Under the pieces are notes generated by a model. It searched no databases, was not told where the DNA came from, and saw nothing but the letters and a program-made list of their open reading frames with translations. Of a DNA stretch of 41,492 nt, positions 1-9,893 are shown piece by piece. Source of the stretch: an uncultured Cytophagales bacterium (lineage in GTDB: Bacteria > Bacteroidota > Bacteroidia > Cytophagales > Amoebophilaceae). The stretch spans positions 1 through 41,492 of the forward strand of contig CAMEYY010000001.1 of assembly GCA_945947725.1 (NCBI GenBank), read 5' to 3'. The position numbers and the translations under genes are program-made. Each line of letters opens with the position of its first letter. Within the stretch, counting starts at the first letter, position 1.

Positions 1-270
1 GGTTTTTTTCTATTTATTTTTGTTGTGTTTTTATATTTTATTTCTTTTTAATATACATCGTTTTGATATTAAAAACATACATTTCATCTTTTTCCCATCT
101 TGTCTAGTTTTTTTATCTATAAAGGATATTTTTTTTGGAATGAAAAACAAATTGCGATTAAATAAATATAGATTAAAAAAGTCGCTTCTTTAGGCCCACT
201 TTGTTAAAAGTTAGATTTTCCTATTTTTTTTTTATAAAACTGATAATATACTTATTTAAAAACAAGAAAT

Positions 271-564
271 ATGGATGAGGATGAAAATATTAGTTGCTGC
301 GGTATGGATTGTAATAAATGTAGCTTACACGAAAGCTACTTATGCGCTGGGTGTAATGCCGTTTGCGGAAAAGTCTTTCATGCTCCTGAAGGTAAAGAAT
401 GTCCTATCTATTACTGCTCGCGAATCAAAAACGGCTTTCAAACATGCGGCCAATGTGATCAATTCCCTTGTGATATCATTTTAAATACCAAAGACCCTGA
501 ATTAACTGACGAAGAATTTATGCAGTCCGTCGAAGAACGCGCTGCTCGACTGAAAAGAAAATAA
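271..564 (+). CDS. Small cysteine-rich protein, DUF3795-like
   Basis: 97-aa ORF with a spaced Cys pattern (CCGMDCNKC...CAGC...C...CPIYYC...CGQCDQFPC) that I recall as typical of the DUF3795 family. The overlapping 275..484 ORF in another frame is low-complexity and was discarded. Confidence 0.55.
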   Translation: MDEDENISCCGMDCNKCSLHESYLCAGCNAVCGKVFHAPEGKECPIYYCSRIKNGFQTCGQCDQFPCDIILNTKDPELTDEEFMQSVEERAARLKRK

Positions 565-852
565 TTATCAAACCTATTACTCTCTCCCCATTTACTTTTT
601 ATAATAATTTATTTTCATAATAAACTTAAAATTTGTTATTAAGCCTACCATGTTCCTATTAGGGATACTCAATTTTTATAGAGAATCTTAAAATAAACAG
701 ATCTGTTAACACTTTTTATGCTAAAAATATAGATTTACGTTCTTAAATAAGATTTAAAGTTTATAAAAAAACACGAGTGGATATTTTAAAGGAATTCTAT
801 TCTAATTTTTTTTAAGAGATATATGCAAATCCCTTCAAATAAAGAAGAAAAC

Positions 853-2727
853 CTACTCCAAGATACTAGCACATTTCACCCCCAAAATCTCTTCCACCTC
901 TTCCTTATAAAGTACCTCTTTCTCCAATAACGCCTCCGCTAACTTCGTCAACAAATCCTTCTTGTCAATCAAAATATGACGAGCCTTTGAATACGCTTTT
1001 TTAACCAAAATCCTAACCTCTTCGTCTATCATACTCGCGGTCTCTTCTGAATATGGTTTCTGAAATGATTCTTGCTCAGAATAAAAAGAAACTAATCCTA
1101 CATTATTATTCATTCCATAATACGTAACAATTTTATACGCAATCTGGGTTACATTCTGTAAATCATTCATCGCTCCTGTAGACTGACTCTTAAAATTCAA
1201 TTCCTCCGAAATCCTACCACCTAAAGCCACACATATACTATCAAAAAGCTGCTCCCTTGGTATTATATACTGTTCCTTCGGTAAATACTGCGCATACCCT
1301 AACGCCGCTATTCCTCTCGGAACAATAGTAACTTTCAAAAGCGGCTGAGCATTCTTTAAAAACCAACTAACTAACGTATGACCAGCCTCATGATATGCAA
1401 CTATCTTCTTCTCTCTCGCACTGATAAGTTTATTCTTCTTCTCTAAACCTCCTATCACCCTATCCATCGCCTCTTGAAAATCAACAAACTCAACCTCTTC
1501 TTTTTTCCGACGCCCCGCCAAAAGAGCTGCCTCATTACACACATTCGCTAACTCTGCACCCGAAAAACCTGGCGTCTGCTCTGCTAACTTTTCCAATGAT
1601 ATATCTTTAGCAACTTTTAATTTGTTTACATACAATTCCAAAATCTCCTTCCTATCTTTTATATCTGGATTATCTATTGATATCTGTCTGTCAAAACGAC
1701 CTGGACGCAATAACGCTTGATCCAAAATCTCTACCCTATTCGTCGCCCCTATCACTATTATCCCTGAATTATTTTCAAAACCATCCATCTCAACAAGCAA
1801 AGAATTTAATGTATTTTCATGTTCCTCATTATTCCCATAAAAGTTATTCTTCTTCCTCGCTCTACCTATCGCATCTAATTCGTCAATAAAAATTATCGCT
1901 GGAGCTTTCTCTTTCGCTTTCTTAAATAAATCCCTAACACGCGACGCCCCAACTCCTACAAACATCTCTACAAAATCAGATCCTGCTAATGAAAAAAATG
2001 ATACTCCTGCCTCTCCTGCAATAGCTTTCGCTAAAAGAGTTTTACCTGTCCCTGGACGACCTACCAACAAAAGACCATGTGGAATCTTTGCTCCCAATCT
2101 TGTATATTTTTCTGGATCTCGTAAAAAATCAACTAACTCCTGCACCTCCTCCTTAGCTTCATGCAACCCCGCAACATCAGAAAACTTTATTCCTACACTG
2201 TGATTTTGATCAAAAACTTTCGCATTCGACTGACCTACACCAAAAATTCCTCTACTCCCTGATCCTGGTTTTATAAAAAAACTAGAAATAAGAAGTATCA
2301 TGAAAATAAAACTTACCCAATTCCAGATATTATCAGATATATTCATGCGCTCGACACTGTCATAATAAACTTTTTTCTCCGCAGGTAAGAGACTCTGCAA
2401 ATCCCGAAAATTAAGGTTGAAAATCTCCGCTGAAGGTACTTTTAATGCAAACTGGGGCTCAAACTTATTTATAAAACTAATATTAGGAAAATCATTGAGA
2501 TACTCTTTCTTTCGCAAAGCCTCATCCGTCAAAGATACTTCAACAATATTCCTGTTCGTGACGAGAGTAATCTTTTTTGCATCTCCATTCAAAACTATAG
2601 ATTCAAATCTCTTCTGATCTATATTTACCAACGCACTGTTATAATCAAAAACAAAAAGATACAGAATCAGTAATATCGGTAATCCAATAACTAAAACTGT
2701 AAATAGCCTACTCTTGATATTTTTCAT
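853..2727 (-). CDS. ftsH: ATP-dependent zinc metalloprotease FtsH
   Basis: 624 aa. N-terminal TM segment, periplasmic region and a second TM segment. AAA+ Walker A GRPGTGKT, Walker B IIFIDELD, and the HEAGH zinc site. TAG stop. Confidence 0.95.
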   Translation of the reverse strand: MKNIKSRLFTVLVIGLPILLILYLFVFDYNSALVNIDQKRFESIVLNGDAKKITLVTNRNIVEVSLTDEALRKKEYLNDFPNISFINKFEPQFALKVPSAEIFNLNFRDLQSLLPAEKKVYYDSVERMNISDNIWNWVSFIFMILLISSFFIKPGSGSRGIFGVGQSNAKVFDQNHSVGIKFSDVAGLHEAKEEVQELVDFLRDPEKYTRLGAKIPHGLLLVGRPGTGKTLLAKAIAGEAGVSFFSLAGSDFVEMFVGVGASRVRDLFKKAKEKAPAIIFIDELDAIGRARKKNNFYGNNEEHENTLNSLLVEMDGFENNSGIIVIGATNRVEILDQALLRPGRFDRQISIDNPDIKDRKEILELYVNKLKVAKDISLEKLAEQTPGFSGAELANVCNEAALLAGRRKKEEVEFVDFQEAMDRVIGGLEKKNKLISAREKKIVAYHEAGHTLVSWFLKNAQPLLKVTIVPRGIAALGYAQYLPKEQYIIPREQLFDSICVALGGRISEELNFKSQSTGAMNDLQNVTQIAYKIVTYYGMNNNVGLVSFYSEQESFQKPYSEETASMIDEEVRILVKKAYSKARHILIDKKDLLTKLAEALLEKEVLYKEEVEEILGVKCASILE

Positions 2728-2781
2728 TTTACAAAATCCGATATTAAATAATATTGATATTATTGGTAAATTCTATAAATT

Positions 2782-3576
2782 GTGTCATCCGTAAAAAAAA
2801 TCCTCTTACATATCTCTGCAATGTTTTTAGCTTTATGCTTTTTAGCTTTTTTTACCTTCAAAATAATATTACCTATAACAACTAAACATAACGAAACTCT
2901 GATCATGCCAGATATTTTAGGACTTTACCCGGAAGACGTGAAAAGTATTTTAAAAGAAAATAATCTCAATTTCAAAATCATAGAAAATAACATCTACACA
3001 CTCTCCTACCCCGCTAACTCTATTATTGAACAAAACCCTATTCCAGATAGCACTATCAAATATGGTAGAACTGTTTATGTTAAACTTAACCCTCCTCACC
3101 CTCCTCTTATCAAAATCCCACGCCTCATCGATAAATCAATTCGTAATGTTTACAGTATCTTACAATCTCTTGGCATTAACATTGGAAAAATTTTATACGT
3201 CACCGATATCGCTGATAATGTTATCATCAATGCTTACCTTAACTCAAACCCTCTTCATGATAATGAAGAAATTCCTTTGGGGTCTTTTATCGATCTCGTC
3301 GTCGGTGTTAATAAACTTGAAACTGAAATCCCTGATTTCTCTGGAATAAATGGAGCTGAAATCGAATTACGTCTCCTCGAAAATAAATTAAAATTAGGAA
3401 CAATAAAATTTTTGAATTCCGACAGCGTCAACTTTGAAAAAGGTATTGTTATAGAACAAAGTCAAAAAAATAAATATGTTCGTTGTGGAACCGCTATAAA
3501 CATTGTACTCGATGAACCTAAAATAGAAATCACCGAACAAGAAGAACAAAACGAAGATAACGAACAAAATAATTAA
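2782..3576 (+). CDS. Membrane-anchored PASTA-repeat protein
   Basis: N-terminal TM helix followed by about three repeats of ~65 aa resembling PASTA domains (MPDILGL..., IPRLIDKS..., IPDFSGING...). The start is GTG at 2782; an in-frame ATG 13 codons downstream is an alternative. Confidence 0.6.
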   Translation: MSSVKKILLHISAMFLALCFLAFFTFKIILPITTKHNETLIMPDILGLYPEDVKSILKENNLNFKIIENNIYTLSYPANSIIEQNPIPDSTIKYGRTVYVKLNPPHPPLIKIPRLIDKSIRNVYSILQSLGINIGKILYVTDIADNVIINAYLNSNPLHDNEEIPLGSFIDLVVGVNKLETEIPDFSGINGAEIELRLLENKLKLGTIKFLNSDSVNFEKGIVIEQSQKNKYVRCGTAINIVLDEPKIEITEQEEQNEDNEQNN

Positions 3577-3578
3577 AT

Positions 3579-4898
3579 ATGAAAAATTTTTCTAATACAG
3601 ATATTATCGTTGCCTTGGCGACACCTACAGGAAATGGAGCTATCGCTGTAATAAGAGTCTCTGGTAAAGATTGTATCCAACTCGTCGAAAGTTGCGTCAA
3701 AGAAAAATTTTCTCGTCAAGTTACCGTTTGTAATTTTTATAAAGATGAAGAACTCATAGATGAAGTCGTCGTCACAACTTATCAAAAAGGTTACACTTGT
3801 CAAGAATGCGTAGAAATATCTTGCCACAATTCTCAATTCATCATTCAAAATATCCTGACTACTCTTATCGACAACGGTGCTAGAATGGCTGACCACGGTG
3901 AATTTACACGCCGCGCTTTCTTAAATGGACGTTTCGATCTCTTACAATCCGAAGCCGTAGCTGACCTTATCGCCTCTGACTCTAAAGATGCTCACGATAT
4001 CGCTCTTCAACAGATGAAAGGAAATTTTTCTCAAAGTTTAAAATCTATCCGTCAAGACCTCATCGAAATCGCTAGCTTGTTAGAATTAGAAATTGATTTT
4101 TCTCAAGAAGATGTAGAATTTATCGAACACACTAAGGTAATTGAAAAAATAAAAGACATAATATCTCAAATAAAAAAGATGATCCAAAGTTTCGAAATAG
4201 GAGATGTTATTAAAAATGGATTACCTATCGCTATCATCGGTAAACCTAATGTCGGTAAATCTTCTCTCCTCAACTTTTTCTTAAACGAAGATCGAGCTAT
4301 CGTCTCCAATATCGCCGGAACTACAAGAGATCTTATCGAAGGTGAAACTTTTTTAGGTGGAATAAAATGTAGATTCATCGACACCGCAGGTTTACGCAAA
4401 GATACCAATGATGAAATCGAAATCTTAGGAATAGAAAGAACTTACTCCGCATTGGAAAAAGCTAAACTCGTTATCTACGTTATAGACGTAAACTCTAACC
4501 CTGAAAATTTTAACGATGATCTCGCTTTGATAAAAGATAAACCTCATATCTTGGTCGTCAATAAAATAGATCTACAAGACAAAAAATTCGATGGTGATTG
4601 GATTTATATCTCAACAAAAGAGAAAAAAAATTTAAACCTGATAGAAAACAAAATCTCGCAAATATTCAAAAAAGATGATTATTCTGTCGTCGTCTCTAAT
4701 GTACGTCATTATAATGAACTGAAAACTGTTTGCAAAAATCTTGAAGATGCTCAAAAAAGTCTCATCGACGCTATCCCTAACGATATGGTCATGGTTGATA
4801 TCAGACTCGCTATAACACACATCGGTTATATCACTGGAGAAATCTCTAATGAAAATATTTTAGATTCCATTTTTAAAAACTTCTGTATCGGGAAATAA
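3579..4898 (+). CDS. mnmE: tRNA modification GTPase MnmE (TrmE)
   Basis: 439 aa. G1 motif GKPNVGKSSLLN, DTAG, NKIDL, and the characteristic C-terminal CIGK. Confidence 0.95.
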   Translation: MKNFSNTDIIVALATPTGNGAIAVIRVSGKDCIQLVESCVKEKFSRQVTVCNFYKDEELIDEVVVTTYQKGYTCQECVEISCHNSQFIIQNILTTLIDNGARMADHGEFTRRAFLNGRFDLLQSEAVADLIASDSKDAHDIALQQMKGNFSQSLKSIRQDLIEIASLLELEIDFSQEDVEFIEHTKVIEKIKDIISQIKKMIQSFEIGDVIKNGLPIAIIGKPNVGKSSLLNFFLNEDRAIVSNIAGTTRDLIEGETFLGGIKCRFIDTAGLRKDTNDEIEILGIERTYSALEKAKLVIYVIDVNSNPENFNDDLALIKDKPHILVVNKIDLQDKKFDGDWIYISTKEKKNLNLIENKISQIFKKDDYSVVVSNVRHYNELKTVCKNLEDAQKSLIDAIPNDMVMVDIRLAITHIGYITGEISNENILDSIFKNFCIGK

Positions 4899-4906
4899 TT
4901 CTCCCT

Positions 4907-6751
4907 CTATATAACAAAAACCTTAATTTGATATTTTTTCAAAACCTCACGCAAACTACTCTCATTCTTGTCAACTTTCACCCACAACAACATCCTAAAC
5001 TTTTTCTTAACCTTGAAAATTTTCGATTCCTCATATCCTACCACTTCAACTTTCCACTCCTCTAACTCTCTCACTATCTTCTCCACCATCTCCCGTAATA
5101 AATTTTCATTTCTATGCTGACACTCGATCTTAACAAAACGACTCAAAGGAGGATATTTATAAGTAACCCTATCCAAAAGCTCTCCTTCGTAAAATTTTTT
5201 TTGACAATTCAAATTCTTAAATATCGTATGCTCTGGGATACTCGTCTGAATTATCATTTTCTCTCGCGGGATTTCTCTCAATTTCATCAACATGTTGAAA
5301 AGTCTTTCATTGGTAAAAAAATCACTATCAGTCAAAAACCGATCAAAATCTGGTAAAATCAACAATGTCACCTTTTCAAGATTCAACGCTTCAATAGCTC
5401 TCGTCCCAACAATCAAATCCATATAATTTATCTTCCTTAAAACTTCTTCCTTATCTTTTTTTCGTCGCAAAACCTCAGCATCAACTTGTAAAATATTTTT
5501 CCCTAAAAACAGCAACTCCAATTCTTCTACAACTTTTTCTATTCCTGTCTCCGTTCGACTGAAACTATCACTTCCACATTTTTCACAAAAACTCAACTCC
5601 TTATACTTCTTCCCACAATGATGACATATAAAAATTTTTTCCTTCCTATGAAATGTCAAACTCACAGAACAATCCTTACACTCATAACTTGTTTTACATC
5701 TCTTACACGTCAAATTATCGAAATAACCTAACTTGTTTTGCAAAACAACAACCTGCCCACCTTCACTCAACACTTTCTTCATCTCCTGTACCGAACGATT
5801 CGTAAAGATCTGATTCCCCATATTACCTTTACACAAGCTTATCTCTATTTTCTTTTCTTCCTCTTCTAACAATTTCACAGAACCATATTTTTTCTTTTTC
5901 ACGTTATAAAACGTCGCAAGAGATGGAGAGTTTGTTCCTAGAATAATTTTAGATTTGAATAAATTTGTAAAGTATAAAAAAACATTCCGTGCGTTATAAT
6001 AAGGTAAACTTTTGTTTTGAAAGTAGAGATCGTCCTGTTCTTCTTCGATGATTAGAAAATCTATTTTTTGAAAAGGTAATGATAAAACATTCTTCGTTCC
6101 AACAATAAGCAACGGCCCATCATTTCGTCTAACTTTTTCCCACTGCGCAAACTTCTTTTTACTCGAACTCTCTTCAGAATTAAAAATCAAAAGATAAGAT
6201 GCAAAAGGTATCAAAAAAGAAGAAATCTTAGTCAAATAGTCATTGTTAGGAATTAAAATCAAAACAATACCGCCCTTATGTAAAACTCTAGAAATGAAAA
6301 AATTATAAACTTTAAACCTATCTCGCCCATACACAACAACAGTCCTCTTTATTTTCAACTGTTCAACAACACGCTCCACCTCAACATCCATTCTATCGAT
6401 AGATACGATATTATCTTTTTTCTCTTGAACTACAGGAATATTCTCAAAAGAAAACGACGCTAAAAAATTTTTTAATACAAGACCAATAGGACAAAAATAA
6501 TACTCCGAAATCCATTTTATAGTTTGAACAAAAGCTGTAGAATAACAATCTTTATAAACTATATTGAGAATTGGTTTAGTAGGAAAAGTTGGTTTTATCT
6601 CAGAAAAATTTTCTACAACGGCAACATAATTTTGATTCAAAACTTGAACTTCAACAAGAGATCCAACACTTACTTCCTCTTCGCTATGATATGTTAAAAT
6701 TTTGTCAATATTGATAGGAACAATGACGTTAACGTAAAGGAGCATTGGCAA
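4907..6751 (-). CDS. priA: Primosomal protein N' (PriA) homolog with degenerate helicase motifs
   Basis: 614 aa, collinear with PriA. It retains the Cys-rich zinc region (CKRCKTSYECKDCSVSLTFH...CHHCGKKY...CEKCGS). The Walker A position reads YGRDRFKV and the DExH position reads IIEEEQD. TAG stop. Confidence 0.8.
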   Translation of the reverse strand: MPMLLYVNVIVPINIDKILTYHSEEEVSVGSLVEVQVLNQNYVAVVENFSEIKPTFPTKPILNIVYKDCYSTAFVQTIKWISEYYFCPIGLVLKNFLASFSFENIPVVQEKKDNIVSIDRMDVEVERVVEQLKIKRTVVVYGRDRFKVYNFFISRVLHKGGIVLILIPNNDYLTKISSFLIPFASYLLIFNSEESSSKKKFAQWEKVRRNDGPLLIVGTKNVLSLPFQKIDFLIIEEEQDDLYFQNKSLPYYNARNVFLYFTNLFKSKIILGTNSPSLATFYNVKKKKYGSVKLLEEEEKKIEISLCKGNMGNQIFTNRSVQEMKKVLSEGGQVVVLQNKLGYFDNLTCKRCKTSYECKDCSVSLTFHRKEKIFICHHCGKKYKELSFCEKCGSDSFSRTETGIEKVVEELELLFLGKNILQVDAEVLRRKKDKEEVLRKINYMDLIVGTRAIEALNLEKVTLLILPDFDRFLTDSDFFTNERLFNMLMKLREIPREKMIIQTSIPEHTIFKNLNCQKKFYEGELLDRVTYKYPPLSRFVKIECQHRNENLLREMVEKIVRELEEWKVEVVGYEESKIFKVKKKFRMLLWVKVDKNESSLREVLKKYQIKVFVI

Positions 6752-6783
6752 TTTTCTAAGCGGAATCTTTAATTTTAATCTAT

Positions 6784-6821
6784 AACGTAAACTTTATGAT
6801 AAAACGTAAACTTTATGATAA
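6784..6821 (+). repeat. Perfect 19-bp tandem duplication (aacgtaaactttatgataa x2) spanning the M13 peptidase start codon
   Basis: Read directly: 6784-6802 equals 6803-6821. Each copy carries an ATG (6796 and 6815). Confidence 0.9.
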
Positions 6822-8794
6822 GCGCAGAGAAAATTGTTGATGCAAAATACAAAGTTAATGAAAACATAAATCCTGGTGATGATTTTTATAAATACGTCTG
6901 TGATAACTGGAAAAAAGAACATCCACTTCCAAAGGTTTATGGACAATATTCTGTCTTCAATGTTTTAGCGGAAGAAAATGAAAAGAAAATTTTTAATATC
7001 TTGGACGAACTCAGCAAGAAAAAGTTAGAAAAAGGATCTATCGAACAGAAAATATATGATCTTTATTCTCTGGGAATGGATATGAAGAAAAGAAATAACG
7101 ATGATGTCAAAGACCTAAAAAATATTTTTTCTGAAATCGAAAACGCAAAAACGATAAAAGAACTTCGAGATGTACAATATAAGTACTGTTTCATGAACTT
7201 CTCTTTCCCAATGCACATAAGCTTTTCTAGCGACGATAAAAATTCTGACGTCAATATATGTAACGTGTGGCAAGGTGGTTTATCTTTACCAGAAAAAAAT
7301 TATTATCTTTCCGACGATAAAGAGATGCAAAATATCCGTGAGGAATTCAAAAAACATATTGTCACGATGTTTAAAATTTTCGGTTTCGATGAAAAAACTG
7401 CTCAGAACAAAATGTCTTTGATTTTCAATTTTGAAACAGAACTCGCAAAGATAAGTCGAAGTCGTGAAGAACTAAGAGACCCAGTAAAAAATTATAACAA
7501 AATATCTCTCGATGACTTTTTAAAAAAATATCCTAACATACCTCTTGTTGAATTTTATGCAGCTAAAGGTGTCGATAAAAAATATTTACAAGAAATCGTT
7601 GTTGGACAACCTGAGTATTTTGCAGGCGTAGATGAAAAAATAAAAAATCAAAGTGTCGCCGAATTACAAAGTTTAATGGAATTTGATTTAATCTGTTCTT
7701 TTGCCTCGTTTCTCAGCGACGAAGTCATTGACGCCAATTTTAATTTCTTTGGTAAAATTCTTTCTGGTAAAAAAGAAAAACATCCTCTCCAAAAACGTGT
7801 TTTGAATCAACTTGAAAATTTTGTCGGGAATGCTATATCGAAATTATTCTGTGAAAGATTTTTTCCTGAGTCTTCAAAAAATAAAATGCTAGAACTTGTT
7901 GAACATTTACAAACTGCTTTTGCTGAAAGGATTTTAGCGCAGACGTGGATGTCAGAAAAAACAAAATTGAAAGCATTGGGAAAGTTGAGTAGTATGAAAG
8001 TGAAGATAGGTTATCCTGATAAGTGGGAAGATTTCTCTGAGTTGAAAGTCGATAAAAATAAAAGTTATTTCTTGAATATCTTGGAGTGCTCGAAGTTTTT
8101 ACATGATAAAAAATTAAAAGAGACAGTAGGTAAACCTGTAGATAAAGACAAATGGCTTTTTGATTCTCATATTGTTAATGCTTGTTATATTCCAAATTAC
8201 AATACCATATGTTTCCCTGCCGGTATTTTACAACCTCCTTTTTTTGACCCTAAAGCTGATGACGCTGAAAATTTTGGAGCTATCGGTGCTATTATTGGAC
8301 ATGAGATGACGCATGGTTTCGACGATCAAGGACGTTGGTTTGATAAAGATGGAAATATGGAATCGTGGTGGGGTGAAAAAGAGGAAAAAGATTTTAAAGA
8401 TAAAAACAAAGTGTGCGAAGATTTCTTCGATAAAATAGAAGTTTTACCTAATCTTCATGCTAACGGTAAATTAACTTTAGGAGAAAATATTGCTGATCAC
8501 GGTGGTGTGAAAATTGCTTTCACTGCTTACAAAAAGAAAACAAAAAATGGACACTATGTTGTGAAAAATGGTTTTACTCCTGAACAAAGATTTTTTATTT
8601 CTTTTGCTTCTCTATGGGCTAGTAATGAAACTGAAGAAACTATAAGATTTTATACAAATATCGACCCTCATTCTCTCAGCTATTTACGTGTAAATGGATG
8701 TTTGCCGCATATCGATGAATGGTATGACGCTTTTGATGTAAAAGAGAATAATAAACTCTTTATAAAAAAGGAAAAACGATTCAATATCTGGTGA
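6815..8794 (+). CDS. M13 family zinc metallopeptidase (PepO / neprilysin-like)
   Basis: 659 aa. HEMTHGF (HExxH), ENIADHGG (ENxADxGG), and the N-terminal DDFYKYVCDNW motif typical of M13. No obvious signal peptide. Confidence 0.9.
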   Translation: MISAEKIVDAKYKVNENINPGDDFYKYVCDNWKKEHPLPKVYGQYSVFNVLAEENEKKIFNILDELSKKKLEKGSIEQKIYDLYSLGMDMKKRNNDDVKDLKNIFSEIENAKTIKELRDVQYKYCFMNFSFPMHISFSSDDKNSDVNICNVWQGGLSLPEKNYYLSDDKEMQNIREEFKKHIVTMFKIFGFDEKTAQNKMSLIFNFETELAKISRSREELRDPVKNYNKISLDDFLKKYPNIPLVEFYAAKGVDKKYLQEIVVGQPEYFAGVDEKIKNQSVAELQSLMEFDLICSFASFLSDEVIDANFNFFGKILSGKKEKHPLQKRVLNQLENFVGNAISKLFCERFFPESSKNKMLELVEHLQTAFAERILAQTWMSEKTKLKALGKLSSMKVKIGYPDKWEDFSELKVDKNKSYFLNILECSKFLHDKKLKETVGKPVDKDKWLFDSHIVNACYIPNYNTICFPAGILQPPFFDPKADDAENFGAIGAIIGHEMTHGFDDQGRWFDKDGNMESWWGEKEEKDFKDKNKVCEDFFDKIEVLPNLHANGKLTLGENIADHGGVKIAFTAYKKKTKNGHYVVKNGFTPEQRFFISFASLWASNETEETIRFYTNIDPHSLSYLRVNGCLPHIDEWYDAFDVKENNKLFIKKEKRFNIW

Positions 8795-8826
8795 AAAAAC
8801 AAGTCATAAATTTATATATGATATAT

Positions 8827-9783
8827 ATGAAAAAAAATTACTTAGTCGAAATCGCATTGTCTACGTGCGTGTTATATAATTGTAGTTCAGAATCAGAACA
8901 ATATGATGAATTTGGGGATCAATATGATGATGAGTATGTATTTAAAACACAAAATGATGATGTAGAAAAGATAGAAAAAATATTAAATAATACATTATCC
9001 TCCGGAAAACCAATAAATGAAAATCAAAATAATCAATTAGACAAATCATTAAGATCATTACTTAATAAATCCAAAGACAAAATATCTTCTTTTTTTGAAC
9101 AAAACGAGATTGAAATAGAGCAAAAAGAAGTGGATGATGTAATCGATAATTTATGTTCTGTTTTCGTTGTTTTAACAAATGCAGTATCCGGAAACAATAT
9201 AAATAAAGAGCAAAATGATCAACTAGAAACATCTTTGAAATTTTTACTTGATAAATCCCAAAAACTCCTATTTTCTTCTCTTGAAATAGAACAAAAAGAA
9301 GTGAAAGATGTAATCAATAATTTATGTTCTGTTTTCGTTATTTTTACAAATGCAGTATCCGGAAATAATATAAATGAAAATCAAAATGATCAACTAGAAA
9401 AATCTTTGAAATTATTACTTAATAAATCAAAAAAACTCCTATTTTCTTCTTCTGAAATAGACCAACAAAAAGAGGATGATGTAATCAATAGTTTATGTTC
9501 TGTTTTCGTTGTTTTTACAAATGCATTATCCGGAAATATTATAGATAAAGATCAAAATGATCAACTTAAAAAATCTTTGAAAGATTTTAAAATATTATTT
9601 GGTAAAAGTGAGACTTCTTCGGTTTCTAAAGCGGAACTAAAAAAATTTATTCAAGGTAAGATACGATCATTTAGACCAAGACGAGGTCTCAAGGTGGTCT
9701 TACCTGAACAACTAAAAAAAAGATGTAACAACGCTTTAGATGTTATCGTAAATGCCTATTGTGATGGCACACAAGAAAAATAA
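8827..9783 (+). CDS. Predicted lipoprotein with ~57-aa tandem repeats
   Basis: I prefer the ATG at 8827 (MKKNYLVEIALSTCVLYNC|SS, signal plus Cys) over the GTG at 8791, which overlaps the upstream stop. About 3.5 internal repeats (..NQNDQLEKSLKLLLNKSKKLLFSS.EIEQKEV.DVINNLCSVFV.FTNAVSGNNIN..). Confidence 0.6.
   Translation: MKKNYLVEIALSTCVLYNCSSESEQYDEFGDQYDDEYVFKTQNDDVEKIEKILNNTLSSGKPINENQNNQLDKSLRSLLNKSKDKISSFFEQNEIEIEQKEVDDVIDNLCSVFVVLTNAVSGNNINKEQNDQLETSLKFLLDKSQKLLFSSLEIEQKEVKDVINNLCSVFVIFTNAVSGNNINENQNDQLEKSLKLLLNKSKKLLFSSSEIDQQKEDDVINSLCSVFVVFTNALSGNIIDKDQNDQLKKSLKDFKILFGKSETSSVSKAELKKFIQGKIRSFRPRRGLKVVLPEQLKKRCNNALDVIVNAYCDGTQEK
9001..9600 (+). repeat. Intragenic tandem repeat, period 171 bp (first unit 186 bp), about 3.5 copies
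   Basis: The landmark 'tccggaaa' recurs at 9001, 9187, 9358 and 9529. 'gtaatc(g/a)ata' recurs at 9139, 9310 and 9481. Confidence 0.85.
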
Positions 9784-9893
9784 TGTTAATCTTTGTAGAT
9801 CAAATTTCTAATAAAAACACTCATCGTTCTTGGTAGCGTTTTGTAAAAAAATATTAACAAAGGTATTAAATTACTATATCAACAATAAAAATC

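Noticed and set aside
271-564. DUF3795-like gene as a compositionally foreign (horizontally acquired) gene
   Set aside because: Hand counts gave about 42% GC over 301-420, but a sample of ftsH (901-960) gave 40%. The gene is therefore not clearly distinct from other coding DNA. Only the flanking intergenic DNA is much lower.
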